55,031 nucleotides of DNA from Bacteroidaceae bacterium. Lineage in GTDB: Bacteria > Bacteroidota > Bacteroidia > Bacteroidales > Bacteroidaceae. The notes beneath the pieces are model-generated. The model was not told where the DNA came from. It worked only from the letters and a program-made list of their open reading frames with translations, and did not search any database. The translations under genes and the position numbers were made by a program. Positions 1 through 8,901 of this stretch are shown here, piece after piece (positions within the stretch are counted from its first letter, which is position 1; every line of letters begins with the position of its first letter). Location of the stretch: assembly GCA_017616915.1 (NCBI GenBank), contig JAFZXF010000110.1, positions 1-55,031 on the forward strand, read 5' to 3'.

Positions 1-2225
1 ACCTCGCCGCTCACCTTCACCGTGTTGGTGAACTGCGGTATTGACAGGGCGTCGCCCTTACGCAGCACAATGTCGTAGGCACCACCCGGGTTCGCCATAG
101 CCTTATCCAGGTCCACAGCTACAGGATAGGTGTCGTCAAGGCTCATCTTCATGCTCAGCAGTGTGTCCGCCTTCTCAAAGTCCATCTTGGCATTCTCAGC
201 CTTCAGAGCCTGCTCATAGAGCTGAATCTGTGCCTGACGGAACGCGTTGTCCCTCTGCAGCTTCTCAGCTTCGGTCAGGCGGCGCACCAGGCGGGCTCCC
301 GGCACATAGGCCAGCGAAGTGAAACCGCCCGCAGCCTTCACCAGGTCGCTCAGACGGTAGTCCTTGCGAGTCATCGTGTACTGACCTTTGAAGTTCACGC
401 AGCCATCAACGCTAACGTTCTGCTGCTCCTCATAGCCCGGACTCCGGCGGATATACACCTCATCGAAAGGCTTAAGATAGAACACCGTGTCCTGAGTCAG
501 GTTAAAGTATTCGTCAAGCTGGAACGAGAACTGCTCCGCCAACCGATCATTGTCCTGCGTAGCAGTGGGGTTCGAGATTCGCCTATACACATTTACATGA
601 GCCAGACTCGCTGCTTCCGTCAGGCCGCCGGCCTGCAGGATAATGTCTTTCAGCGTAGTGTTCTCCGCAAAGGGATACTTGCTCGGGTACACCACCTCGC
701 CTCTTACGCTGAACGTCCACTGACCCCTCATCTCCGTGCGGCTCGGCACAAACAGCATATCGTTTTTCTGCAACGGCACATCTGCCACCGTACCGTCCAT
801 AATACCTTTCAGATCCACGCCTACCATCTCCAGCGAGAGGTCAGGACGCATACGGTGCATCACCGCACGCTCCGTGTAGGCATCCTCTCTCAAACCGCCG
901 GCCAACTCAATCAGGTCCTTAACGCTCTGAGTGTTGCTGCCCAGCTCAAACTTGCCAGCATGGTTGATGGCGCCGCGCACCTCCACCATGTTGCTATATT
1001 TCATAACCACACTGTCCACATACACCTCGTCGCCGTCCTCCAGCGTGAAGCCGCCCATCTGGAACTCGTCGATAGTGTGGATGCTACGCTCAACACCAGC
1101 TTTGCGCGTCAGCCTTACATTCTGAGTGTACGCATCACCAGTGAAACCGCCCGTAAAGCGGAGCAGCTGCTTCACGCTCTCACCGTTGCGCATCTCGTAG
1201 TACATCGGGCGCTTCACCTTGCCCTCCACCTTCACCAGGCGGTCGTAGGTGCCCACCACGATGATATCCTTGTCCTGCAACCTCACGTCGCTCGAACTGT
1301 TCCCGTTTACCAGATAGTCGTAAACGTCCACCGTCGCAATCACCCTGTTGTTACGATAAACCTTGATGTTACGCACCGTACCGATATCCTTGATTCCGCC
1401 GGCGGCATACAACGCGTTGAAAGCAGTCGCAAAACCACTAAGCGCAAATGAGCTGGGCATCTCCACTTCGCCCACCACCTGCACCTGGATAGTACGAGTG
1501 TTGCCTACCGACAAGTTAATCTTACTCCCTGCGTAATACTGCCCCAGCTTGCTCTTCAGCGCAGCCTTCGCAGCCTGCACGCTCAGACCCGCCAGATAGA
1601 TAGGACCAACCTCGTCAATCACTATCACACCGTCCGGCGATATCGTGCAGTCAAACGTCTTCTGGCTTGCGCCCCACACGTCCACTATCACCTGGTCGCC
1701 AGCACCCAGCGTGTAGTTCGCCGGAGTCGGCATGTTCATGTTAGGCTCAAACGTCAGGTTCTCCTTGTTGAAGATGTCATGACCGAAGATAGCCTTCTGC
1801 GCTGTCAGTCCGTCCATGTAGATCATCAGCGAGTCCTGCATCGCGTCATTGTATAGAGCCACGTTGTTAACCGTCTCATACTGATCCACACCCGGCTTCA
1901 GCTGATCCTGATGCCGTTCTTCAGCCTTCACGCGGATGTCTTCATCCATCTTCTGACGGCTACGCTCGATGCCCTTCGACAACTGAGAGTTCGGCTCCGC
2001 CATCGTGTTCTGCTTCGAGAGGTAATTCTTCCTCACCCTCTTCAGCTGAGCCGTCGTGACCCCCTTGCCTATCAGGTTCTGCACAATCATTTGCTGGCTC
2101 GTGCCCTTGCCGAGCTCATTGGTGATATACATAGCCACCTGCTCGTCAGTCATCTGGCCTTGCGCCCATGTTGCCATCGTGCTCATACAAAGCACTGCGG
2201 CGAGAATAAGAGATTTTCGTATCAT
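1..2225 (-). CDS. Polysaccharide export outer-membrane protein (Wza/BexD-like, Poly_export + SLBB repeats); C-terminal end runs off the window
   Basis: Absent from the ORF track because it is open at the window edge. My minus-strand translation from the ATG at 2225 gives MIRKSLILAAVLCMSTMATWAQGQ (signal peptide). It continues with LGAGDQVIVDVWGASQKTFDCTISPDGVIVIDEVGPIYLAGLSVQAAKAALKSKL (Poly_export-like) and several SLBB-like segments. The frame is uninterrupted down to position 1 (last residues ...FTNTVKVSGE). Confidence 0.8.
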   Translation of the reverse strand, partial: MIRKSLILAAVLCMSTMATWAQGQMTDEQVAMYITNELGKGTSQQMIVQNLIGKGVTTAQLKRVRKNYLSKQNTMAEPNSQLSKGIERSRQKMDEDIRVKAEERHQDQLKPGVDQYETVNNVALYNDAMQDSLMIYMDGLTAQKAIFGHDIFNKENLTFEPNMNMPTPANYTLGAGDQVIVDVWGASQKTFDCTISPDGVIVIDEVGPIYLAGLSVQAAKAALKSKLGQYYAGSKINLSVGNTRTIQVQVVGEVEMPSSFALSGFATAFNALYAAGGIKDIGTVRNIKVYRNNRVIATVDVYDYLVNGNSSSDVRLQDKDIIVVGTYDRLVKVEGKVKRPMYYEMRNGESVKQLLRFTGGFTGDAYTQNVRLTRKAGVERSIHTIDEFQMGGFTLEDGDEVYVDSVVMKYSNMVEVRGAINHAGKFELGSNTQSVKDLIELAGGLREDAYTERAVMHRMRPDLSLEMVGVDLKGIMDGTVADVPLQKNDMLFVPSRTEMRGQWTFSVRGEVVYPSKYPFAENTTLKDIILQAGGLTEAASLAHVNVYRRISNPTATQDNDRLAEQFSFQLDEYFNLTQDTVFYLKPFDEVYIRRSPGYEEQQNVSVDGCVNFKGQYTMTRKDYRLSDLVKAAGGFTSLAYVPGARLVRRLTEAEKLQRDNAFRQAQIQLYEQALKAENAKMDFEKADTLLSMKMSLDDTYPVAVDLDKAMANPGGAYDIVLRKGDALSIPQFTNTVKVSGE

Positions 2226-2280
2226 GTCTGGTTTTGTTTATTCTACTACCAAATTTTTCTATAACTGAAAACTCAGCGCG

Positions 2281-2288
2281 CAAAGTTA
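2281..2288 (-). promoter_or_regulatory. Candidate Bacteroidetes -7 box (TAACTTTG on minus strand) for the exporter gene
   Basis: The forward sequence CAAAGTTA is the reverse complement of TAnnTTTG. It lies about 56 nt upstream of the ATG at 2225. Confidence 0.4.
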
Positions 2289-2512
2289 CGAAAAAAAACG
2301 CATATAGCAGTCCCTCGCACGCGCATACTTACCTTATATAACGCGAAAACCCAAATTATATTGCTTTCGCCTATCAAAACTTCAACGCAATGCGCAACGT
2401 TTTCCAAGTTTGGAACAAACCGAGGTTTTTGCTTTCATTGATTTTTCCGGTTTTTGCTTTCATTACCCCAAACGGGACTTAGATCTAAAGCCGGTCCGTG
2501 ACCGGTCAATTT

Positions 2513-3712
2513 TTAAAATTCCAATTCCACCACGATCGGGAGATGATCAATGAACCCACCCCGGTACAGCGGCCCCTGCCACGTTCTCCACGGTTTCAGC
2601 CCCCCGTAAGTGATATCCTGCTCCAGGAGAAAACGCAAGCCAACCACCTGCAACCCACGAGCACTGACATGCAGAGGCTCTGTCGGAGATAGCAGATGAC
2701 TACTCACAATACACTGGTCCAGCATCTCCCAGTTACCTTTGTAACGATATGAAGCCTCCACACCGTTCCCCGCGATGCGACCGCCATCAGCAGAGCGTTG
2801 CCACTTTGCAGGCCTGTGCTCTACACGGCGCAGATCCGAATCCGGCCCCGTCAGAATCGTACGCATGTCGCGGCTGTCCGGAGTGTCGTTCATGTCCCCA
2901 ATTATAATAATGTTCGCGCGAGTTTGTGGGGGCGCGGAGGCAGCAATCGAGTCGCAATATGAGCGGAGATCCGTCAGGATTGCGCGACGGTATTTTTTCG
3001 AACTCAGTTTACCCGCCTTGCTCGGCATGTGACAAACCATGATATAGAGCGTATCACCGCTTCGCGCCAATCCCTCCACATGGAGCATGTGGCGAGTGGG
3101 CAAGACTGTTCCCAACCGCTCACCCCAACTGACGCTACTACTCTGCAGGGGGCGAAACGCACCGGGATGATAAAGCAATGCCACGCGGACACCGCGTCCG
3201 TCATCGGTCCCGCCCAGTATATACTCATAACCCAGCGCCCTCAGGCCCGTCCCCCGAGAGAGATCCCTCATCACCGCGTCGCTCTCCACCTCTACCAGCG
3301 CCACCAGGTCAACGGGTTGTTCCGTGCTTATGGCTACTATCTCCCGCGCTATCATATTGAGTTTGCGCCAGTACCGCTGGCTGGTCCAGTGGCGCTCGCC
3401 CTGCGGCAGGAACTCTTCATCGCGGGTAGTCGGGCAGTCGATGGTGTCAAACAGGTTCTCACAATTCAGTTCGGCAATGCGCAAACATCGTCTGCCTTGC
3501 CGCCGCATACCCTGCGCCAGCGAATCTTGCCGCGGTGAATCTTGCCGCGGTGAATCTTGTGCAAAGCAGGGGGTCAACCCTCCGCCCAAGAAAAGGGCGA
3601 ACCCGCCGGTTAGCCAGGGGGTCAACCCTCCGCCAAACAAAATGTTGAAAAGGAGTGCAAATATTGTTGTTTTTCGCATTAATTTCGTGCTATCGTGTGA
3701 TTTTTCCTGCAA
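2513..3712 (-). CDS. Secreted endonuclease/exonuclease/phosphatase (EEP) family protein
   Basis: 399-aa ORF with a hydrophobic N-terminus. The body has an EEP-like layout (LRIAELNCENLFD ... IIIIGDMNDTP ... GFIDHLPIVVELEF). The exact start is uncertain (M1 at 3712 or M12 at 3679). Confidence 0.7.
   Translation of the reverse strand: MQEKSHDSTKLMRKTTIFALLFNILFGGGLTPWLTGGFALFLGGGLTPCFAQDSPRQDSPRQDSLAQGMRRQGRRCLRIAELNCENLFDTIDCPTTRDEEFLPQGERHWTSQRYWRKLNMIAREIVAISTEQPVDLVALVEVESDAVMRDLSRGTGLRALGYEYILGGTDDGRGVRVALLYHPGAFRPLQSSSVSWGERLGTVLPTRHMLHVEGLARSGDTLYIMVCHMPSKAGKLSSKKYRRAILTDLRSYCDSIAASAPPQTRANIIIIGDMNDTPDSRDMRTILTGPDSDLRRVEHRPAKWQRSADGGRIAGNGVEASYRYKGNWEMLDQCIVSSHLLSPTEPLHVSARGLQVVGLRFLLEQDITYGGLKPWRTWQGPLYRGGFIDHLPIVVELEF
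3522..3559. repeat. 15-bp tandem repeat (GAATCTTGCCGCGGT x2.5) inside the EEP gene, encoding QDSPR-QDSPR-QDS
   Basis: Two perfect adjacent copies at 3522-3536 and 3537-3551, plus a partial third. In addition, the 18-mer GGGGGTCAACCCTCCGCC is duplicated at 3569-3586 and 3617-3634 (GGGLTP motif). Confidence 0.9.
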
Positions 3713-3760
3713 ATTTATATTTTTTTACTCTGATGTTGCAGGTGTATGAGGGATTTTTCG

Positions 3761-3768
3761 TATTTTTG
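3761..3768 (+). promoter_or_regulatory. Candidate -7 box TATTTTTG upstream of frr
   Basis: Matches TAnnTTTG, 40 nt upstream of the ATG at 3808. Confidence 0.45.
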
Positions 3769-3807
3769 TCTGCAATTTTTATGCAAATAATCCAAAAACC
3801 TAACAAT

Positions 3808-4368
3808 ATGATTGACGTTAAAGCATGTCTTGCTGAGCAAGAGAAGAAGATGGAACTGGCTGCAAAGTTCCTGGAAGAGACCCTGTCGCACATGCGTGCC
3901 GGTAAGGCTAATGTGCATATCCTTGACGGCATCAAGGTGAACTCCTACGGTGCCTCGCTGCCGCTGAGTAATGTGTCGGCTATCACTACGCCTGACCAGC
4001 GCACTATCGCTATCAAGCCTTGGGACAAGTCGATGTTCCCTGCCATCGAGAAGGCTATCATCGACTCGGAGGTTGGCATCATGCCTGAGAACAACGGTGA
4101 GATTATCCGCCTGAACATTCCGCCTCTCACGGAGGAGCGCCGTAAGGACCTGGCTAAGAAGTGCGGCAAGGAGGGCGAAACGGCTCGCATCAGCATCCGC
4201 AACGCCCGCCGCGACGGAATAGAGAAGTTGAAGAAGGCTATCAAGGAGGGTCTGAGCGAAGACAACGAGAAGGACGCTGAGGCCGAGCTGCAGAAGCTGC
4301 ACGACAAGATGATGAAGAAAATCGACTCAATCCTTGCTGAGAAGGAGAAGGAGATTATGACGGTTTAG
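3808..4368 (+). CDS. frr: Ribosome recycling factor
   Basis: 186 aa starting at MIDVKACLAEQEKKMELAAKFLEETLSHMRAGKANVHILDGIKV, with the typical RRF length and sequence. The track ORF start at 3655 adds a hydrophobic junk extension, so I rejected it. Confidence 0.95.
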   Translation: MIDVKACLAEQEKKMELAAKFLEETLSHMRAGKANVHILDGIKVNSYGASLPLSNVSAITTPDQRTIAIKPWDKSMFPAIEKAIIDSEVGIMPENNGEIIRLNIPPLTEERRKDLAKKCGKEGETARISIRNARRDGIEKLKKAIKEGLSEDNEKDAEAELQKLHDKMMKKIDSILAEKEKEIMTV

Positions 4369-4370
4369 GA

Positions 4371-4398
4371 CATTGAACATTGAACATTAAACATTGGA
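4371..4398. repeat. Period-7 tandem repeat, 4 units (CATTGAA CATTGAA CATTAAA CATTGGA)
   Basis: Read directly in the frr-rsgA spacer. The last unit contains the TTG start codon of rsgA (4394). Confidence 0.9.
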
Positions 4399-5326
4399 CG
4401 GTCTCGTCATAAAGAACACGGGCAGCTGGGTGGATGTGCGCACCGACGGCGGCGAAGTGGTGAGGTGCAAGGTGAAGGGCAACTTTCGCCTGAAGGGCAT
4501 CAGGAGCACCTCGCCGGTGGTGGTGGGCGACTACGTGACCTTTGAGCGGAACAGCGAGGGGACGGCGTTTATCAACGACATCTGCGACCGCCGCAACTAC
4601 ATCATCCGTAAGTCGATAAACCTCTCGAAACAGAGCCACATACTGGCTGCGAACGTGGACGTGTGCCTGCTGGTGGTGACGCTGCGCGAGCCGGTGACGT
4701 CGATAGTGTTCATCGACCGATTCCTCGCCACGGCCGAGGCCTACTCGATACCGGTAAGTATAATAATAAATAAGGTGGACCTGCTGAGCGCAGAGGAGAA
4801 GGAGGAGGCGGAACGGCTGGCAAAGCTATACAGCGACATTGGCTACCACACGCTGATAACGTCTGTGACGAAGCGCCTTGGACTGGAGTCGCTACCTGAC
4901 CTGCTCAAGGATAAGACGGCGCTGCTGGCCGGCAACTCGGGCGTAGGGAAGTCGGAACTGCTGAACTGGCTGGTGCCGGGTGCGGGAGCGAGGACGGCTC
5001 CCATCTCGGAGGCTCACCTGAGCGGTATGCACACGACGACTTTCTCGGAGATGTATGACCTGCCCTTCGGGGGGAGACTCATCGACATCCCGGGGGTAAA
5101 GGGCTTCGGCACGTTCAACTTTGAGCGCGAGGAAGTGAGCCACTACTTCCGCGAGATTTTCACGGTGGGCAGGGGCTGCCGCTTCAGCAACTGCATACAT
5201 GTCAACGAACCGGGCTGTGCAGTGCGCGAGGCTGTGGAACGGGGCGAGATAGCGGGGTCACGCTACAGTTCGTACCTCAACATGCTGGACGATCAGGACG
5301 AAAGTAAATACCGAGAAGGGTACTGA
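4394..5326 (+). CDS. rsgA: Ribosome small-subunit-dependent GTPase A
   Basis: 310 aa with an N-terminal OB-like segment (GLVIKNTGSWVDV). The circularly permuted GTPase has NKVDL followed by GNSGVGKSELLN. A C-terminal zinc-knuckle-like CRFSNCIHVNEPGC is also present. Confidence 0.9.
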   Translation: MDGLVIKNTGSWVDVRTDGGEVVRCKVKGNFRLKGIRSTSPVVVGDYVTFERNSEGTAFINDICDRRNYIIRKSINLSKQSHILAANVDVCLLVVTLREPVTSIVFIDRFLATAEAYSIPVSIIINKVDLLSAEEKEEAERLAKLYSDIGYHTLITSVTKRLGLESLPDLLKDKTALLAGNSGVGKSELLNWLVPGAGARTAPISEAHLSGMHTTTFSEMYDLPFGGRLIDIPGVKGFGTFNFEREEVSHYFREIFTVGRGCRFSNCIHVNEPGCAVREAVERGEIAGSRYSSYLNMLDDQDESKYREGY

Positions 5327-5351
5327 CGAAGTTAACGCGGCTTTGCCGCTC

Positions 5352-5405
5352 GAAGTTAACGAAGTTATAGAAGCTATAGAAGTAATAGAAGTAATAGAAG
5401 TAAAT
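5352..5405. repeat. 9-bp tandem repeat x6 (GAAGTTAAC GAAGTTATA GAAGCTATA GAAGTAATA GAAGTAATA GAAGTAAAT)
   Basis: Read directly in the rsgA-nfeD intergenic spacer. CGAAGTTAACG also occurs once more at 5327-5337. Confidence 0.9.
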
Positions 5406-5424
5406 CGTCAAATTGTAAATATCC

Positions 5425-5898
5425 ATGACTTTAACAATTCTGATAATAATCTTTGCACTGGCCCTGGTGCTGTGCGTAGTGGAGACATTTCTCATCCCGG
5501 GCTTCGGGGTGTGCGGTGTGCTGAGTGCGCTGTGTGCGCTGATCGGCGTTGGTGCCACGTTTGGAATGTACGGTCTGGCGGCGGGTGCCATCGCCACAGC
5601 GGTGGTGCTGCTTGTGGGCGGCCTGCTGCTATACTGGGTGATGCACTCCAAGCGCATTGAGCGGCTCTCGCTTCATGCCACTATCGATTCCTCGGTAGCC
5701 ACCGAGGCGCAGAGCACCGTCAAGGTAGGCGATAAGGGTACGGCTCTCACCCGCCTCGCCCTGGTGGGAATGGCCCGCCTCGGAGAGGTGGAAGTGGAGG
5801 TGCGCTCCGCCAGCGGCTTTATCGATGAAGGGACGCCGATCGTAGTGACGAAGATAAACAATAGCGAAATTTACGTTGGTTTGAACATTGACCACTAA
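5425..5898 (+). CDS. NfeD-family membrane protein (partner of SPFH/flotillin proteins)
   Basis: 157 aa with three N-terminal hydrophobic helices. The C-terminal OB-like segment is VKVGDKGTALTRLALVGMARLGEVEVEVRSASGFIDEGTPIVV. It lies immediately upstream of floA, the classical nfeD-SPFH operon arrangement. Confidence 0.8.
   Translation: MTLTILIIIFALALVLCVVETFLIPGFGVCGVLSALCALIGVGATFGMYGLAAGAIATAVVLLVGGLLLYWVMHSKRIERLSLHATIDSSVATEAQSTVKVGDKGTALTRLALVGMARLGEVEVEVRSASGFIDEGTPIVVTKINNSEIYVGLNIDH
5874..5894. repeat. Period-7 repeat, 3 units (CGTTGGT TTGAACA TTGACCA) forming the last codons of nfeD
   Basis: Read directly. It encodes the C-terminal VGLNIDH, just before the TAA stop. Confidence 0.7.
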
Positions 5899-5917
5899 AA
5901 AATAAAAATTAAATAAT

Positions 5918-6925
5918 ATGGAAACAACAATCCTTTTTCCCGCCATCATTGCCATCGCGGCAATCATTGTGCTCTCAATCTTTTTCCACTTCGTGCCATT
6001 CTTCCTGTGGCTCAGCGCTCACGTAAGCGGAGTGCATATCTCGCTGATCCAACTGTTCCTGATGCGCATCCGTAATGTGCCGCCCAACATGATTGTGCCC
6101 TCGCTGATTGAGGCTCACAAGGCAGGGCTCGACACCGTGACCCGCGACAAGCTGGAGGCTCACTTCCTTACCGGCGGTCATGTGCAGAGAGTGGTGCATG
6201 CGCTGGTATCGGCAAGCAAAGCGAACATAGAGCTGAGCTTTGAGAAAGCCGCCGCCATCGACCTTGCCGGCCGTGACGTGTTTGAAGCAGTGAAGACGAG
6301 CGTTAACCCCAAGGTTATCGACACCCCGCCGGTAGCAGCGGTAGCCAAGAACGGTATCCAGCTGATTGCCAAGGCTCGCGTCACCGTGAGAGCCAACATC
6401 CAGCAGCTGGTGGGCGGTGCAGGCGAAGACACCATCCTAGCCCGAGTAGGCGAAGGTATCGTGTCGTCAATCGGTTCGGCCGATACTCACGAGATGGTGC
6501 TCGAGAACCCCGACTCAATCTCCAAGCTGGTGCTGCGCAAAGGACTTGACGCCGGCACCGCATTCGAGATTCTCTCGATCGACATCGCCGACATCGACGT
6601 GGGTAAGAATATCGGTGCAACCCTTCAGATTGACCAAGCGAACGCCGATAAGAACATCGCTCAGGCAAAGGCAGAGGAACGCCGAGCGATGGCTGTGGCC
6701 CTTGAACAGGAGAATGTGGCCAAGGCTCAGGATGCCCGTGCTCAGGTTATCATGGCAGAGGCCGAAGTTCCCAAGGCTCTGGCTCAGGCTCTGCGCGACG
6801 GCAACATGGGCTTCATGGACTACTACAAACTACAGCAGGTGAAGGCCGACGCCTCGATGCGGGAGAATATCGGCAAGCTTGACCTCAGCGCCGCCAAAGA
6901 TATCCTGAAGCCGAAGAAAGACTAA
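5918..6925 (+). CDS. floA: Flotillin-like protein FloA (SPFH domain, YqfA/UPF0365 family)
   Basis: 335 aa with one N-terminal TM helix, then [33 protein letters not shown], which is typical of FloA. The tail is Ala/Glu-rich and coiled-coil-like. Confidence 0.85.
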   Translation: METTILFPAIIAIAAIIVLSIFFHFVPFFLWLSAHVSGVHISLIQLFLMRIRNVPPNMIVPSLIEAHKAGLDTVTRDKLEAHFLTGGHVQRVVHALVSASKANIELSFEKAAAIDLAGRDVFEAVKTSVNPKVIDTPPVAAVAKNGIQLIAKARVTVRANIQQLVGGAGEDTILARVGEGIVSSIGSADTHEMVLENPDSISKLVLRKGLDAGTAFEILSIDIADIDVGKNIGATLQIDQANADKNIAQAKAEERRAMAVALEQENVAKAQDARAQVIMAEAEVPKALAQALRDGNMGFMDYYKLQQVKADASMRENIGKLDLSAAKDILKPKKD

Positions 6926-6983
6926 GCGGCCTAAGGAAAATGTAAAAATTGAAAAACGGAAAACTGAAATTCTTCCATTCTAA

Positions 6984-8102
6984 TTGAATAAGATTTGCTG
7001 CATATACAATAGCGGGCTGCACTACCGCTGGGCGATATTCAAAGCACTGGCCGACAATTTTGATATCGACTTCTGCTTCGGTCCTGACACAGCCTACACC
7101 AAGTCGATCAAAACCTTCGACTACAACCAACTGCCCGGCTTCACCCGGATGCTCAAGAACCGGCGTCTTTTCGGCAAATTCTATTGGCAGAGCGGAGCTG
7201 TGAGGCAAGCCTTTAAGCCGTACCGCCAGTACCTGATGCTCGGCGAGGCTTACTGCCTCTCCTCGTGGGTTATCCTGCTGCTGACGAAGGTGATGGGCAA
7301 GCAGACGGTGTGCTGGACTCATGGCTGGTACGGGCGAGAAAGCGGCATGAAGCGCCGCATTAGCAAATGGTTTTATTCGCTTTTCAATCAAATACTTACT
7401 TACAACAATTACTCGAGGCAATTGCTTATCCAAGGAGGTATCAGTGCCGACAAGATACGTGTCATCGGCAATTCACTCGACTCTGCCAAACATCGAGAGA
7501 TGCGTAGTGGCCTAAGCAAGACCGACATCTTCACATCCCATTTCGGCAACAGCGATCCGGTGCTGCTCTACTGCGGACGAATACAGCAGTCGAAGCGCCT
7601 TGACCTGATGATCACGGCAGCCACGCAGCTCAAGCAGGAAGGCACACCTGTCAACCTCGTATTTGTTGGCAAGGACTCCGAGGACGTTGGACTCGACTCG
7701 CTGGCAGCTGAAGCCGGCATTACCGAAAGAGTGTGGATGTATGGCCCCTGCTATGACGAAGGTCAGCTTGCGGAACTTTTCTACAATTCAGCCCTCTGCG
7801 TGTCGCCGGGCAATGTGGGGCTCACCGCCGTGCATGCTCTGTCGTTTGGCTGCCCTGTAGTTACTCACGACAACCTGCCCTGGCAGGGTCCGGAATTTGA
7901 GTGCATCAAACCCGGAGTGACTGGAGATTTCTTCCGTCAAAACGATGCAGATGATCTTGCTCGCGTTGTCAAAGGTTGGCTCCACCGCACCGATGCAGAG
8001 CGTAGCGCCACCGCTGCTGCCGCCTTTGCCGAGATTGATGCCCATTGGAACGTAGAGAGCCAAATAGAAATCTTTAAAGAGGTATTAATCAATAGAATAT
8101 AG
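6984..8102 (+). CDS. Glycosyltransferase, GT4-like (GT-B fold)
   Basis: 372 aa with a TTG start. The C-terminal half has the GT4-type donor-binding region: LLYCGRIQQSKRLDL ... VSPGNVGLTAVHALSFGCPVVTHD ... GPEFECIKPGVTGDFF. Confidence 0.7.
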   Translation: MNKICCIYNSGLHYRWAIFKALADNFDIDFCFGPDTAYTKSIKTFDYNQLPGFTRMLKNRRLFGKFYWQSGAVRQAFKPYRQYLMLGEAYCLSSWVILLLTKVMGKQTVCWTHGWYGRESGMKRRISKWFYSLFNQILTYNNYSRQLLIQGGISADKIRVIGNSLDSAKHREMRSGLSKTDIFTSHFGNSDPVLLYCGRIQQSKRLDLMITAATQLKQEGTPVNLVFVGKDSEDVGLDSLAAEAGITERVWMYGPCYDEGQLAELFYNSALCVSPGNVGLTAVHALSFGCPVVTHDNLPWQGPEFECIKPGVTGDFFRQNDADDLARVVKGWLHRTDAERSATAAAAFAEIDAHWNVESQIEIFKEVLINRI

Positions 8103-8106
8103 AATA

Positions 8107-8757
8107 ATGTTAAAGTTTTTATTTCAGATAATCGGCAATCTCTTTAAGCGCAATATATCGCTCACGGCGATGGTATATGCGGGCTCCAAGGTTGACTCCT
8201 CAGCCCACATTCATCGTGGATGCAAGGTGCGCAATTCCCATATTGGGGCTCATTCTTATGTGGCCGCAAATTCGTGGCTTACCAACACCAACGTAGGGCG
8301 CTTCTGCTCCATCGGCAACAACGTAGTGGCCGGCTTGGCAACCCACACGCTAAGCAATGCCTCAACCTCCCCTATTTTCACTCTGCGAAAAAACGCCACC
8401 TGCACGGCATGGGTAAGCCAAGACGTTGCAGAGAACACCGACTCGTTTCCGCGCACCACCATTAGCGATGATGCCTGGATTGGCAGTAATGCCATGATTA
8501 TGAGCGGCATCAACATAGGTGTGGGGGCAGCAGTAGGGGCCGGAGCCGTTGTCACAAAGGATGTGCCGCCATACGCCATCGTAGCCGGAGTGCCTGCCCG
8601 CATCATCAAATATCGCTTCAGCGAAACAGTACGCAGTAAATTGCTTGCATCCCGCTGGTGGGAGATGGATGACGAACAGCTCAAGAATCGCCTTCCGCAC
8701 TTCCAACAGCCACTTAGTGATGACAATATCGACAATTTTCTGGCACAATTGAAGTAA
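8107..8757 (+). CDS. Hexapeptide-repeat (left-handed beta-helix) O-acetyltransferase, CatB/Vat-like
   Basis: 216 aa with hexapeptide repeats (ISDDAWIGSNAMIMSGINIGVGAAVGAGAVVTKDVPPYAIVAGVPARIIKYRF). It starts 4 nt after the glycosyltransferase gene ends. Confidence 0.75.
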   Translation: MLKFLFQIIGNLFKRNISLTAMVYAGSKVDSSAHIHRGCKVRNSHIGAHSYVAANSWLTNTNVGRFCSIGNNVVAGLATHTLSNASTSPIFTLRKNATCTAWVSQDVAENTDSFPRTTISDDAWIGSNAMIMSGINIGVGAAVGAGAVVTKDVPPYAIVAGVPARIIKYRFSETVRSKLLASRWWEMDDEQLKNRLPHFQQPLSDDNIDNFLAQLK

Positions 8758-8792
8758 GAGAGGAGGAAAAACACCACTTCAGGCAAAAAAAT

Positions 8793-8820
8793 CTCCATTC
8801 CCAACTCGCAATTCTCATTT
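8793..8820. repeat. Period-7 repeat, 4 units (CTCCATT CCCAACT CGCAATT CTCATTT)
   Basis: Read directly in the spacer upstream of rpsP. It is related to the tract inside cdsA (49006-33). Confidence 0.6.
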
Positions 8821-8826
8821 TTTTAC

Positions 8827-8834
8827 TACCTTTG
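8827..8834 (+). promoter_or_regulatory. Candidate -7 box TACCTTTG upstream of rpsP
   Basis: Matches TAnnTTTG, 68 nt upstream of the ATG at 8902. Confidence 0.45.
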
Positions 8835-8901
8835 CACCCGCAATCACGAGATGGTTGCATAAAATTCAATCAAAGTTTCAAAAATTATTAAAAGTTAAAA
8901 G

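Noticed and set aside
597-1451. 284-aa plus-strand ORF (with nested 931..1125)
   Set aside because: It is antisense to a clean, uninterrupted Wza-like reading frame on the minus strand. The product is His/Leu/Val/Arg-rich low-complexity sequence with no motif, typical of a shadow ORF.
3655-3807. N-terminal extensions of track ORFs: frr from 3655, rsmI to 16045, protein A to 28296, corA from 42090, DUF349 from 43404, ftsH from 46352, surE to 54138, small ORF to 40519
   Set aside because: In each case an internal Met gives the canonical family N-terminus. The extension is hydrophobic or Phe-rich junk that overlaps promoter boxes or the neighbouring gene.
6936-6990. A-rich period-7-like stretch (GAAAATG TAAAAAT TGAAAAA CGGAAAA CTGAAAT ...) before the GT4 gene as another heptamer-family member
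   Set aside because: The periodicity is weak and dominated by A-richness. Only the final TTCCATT CTAATTG units resemble the family.
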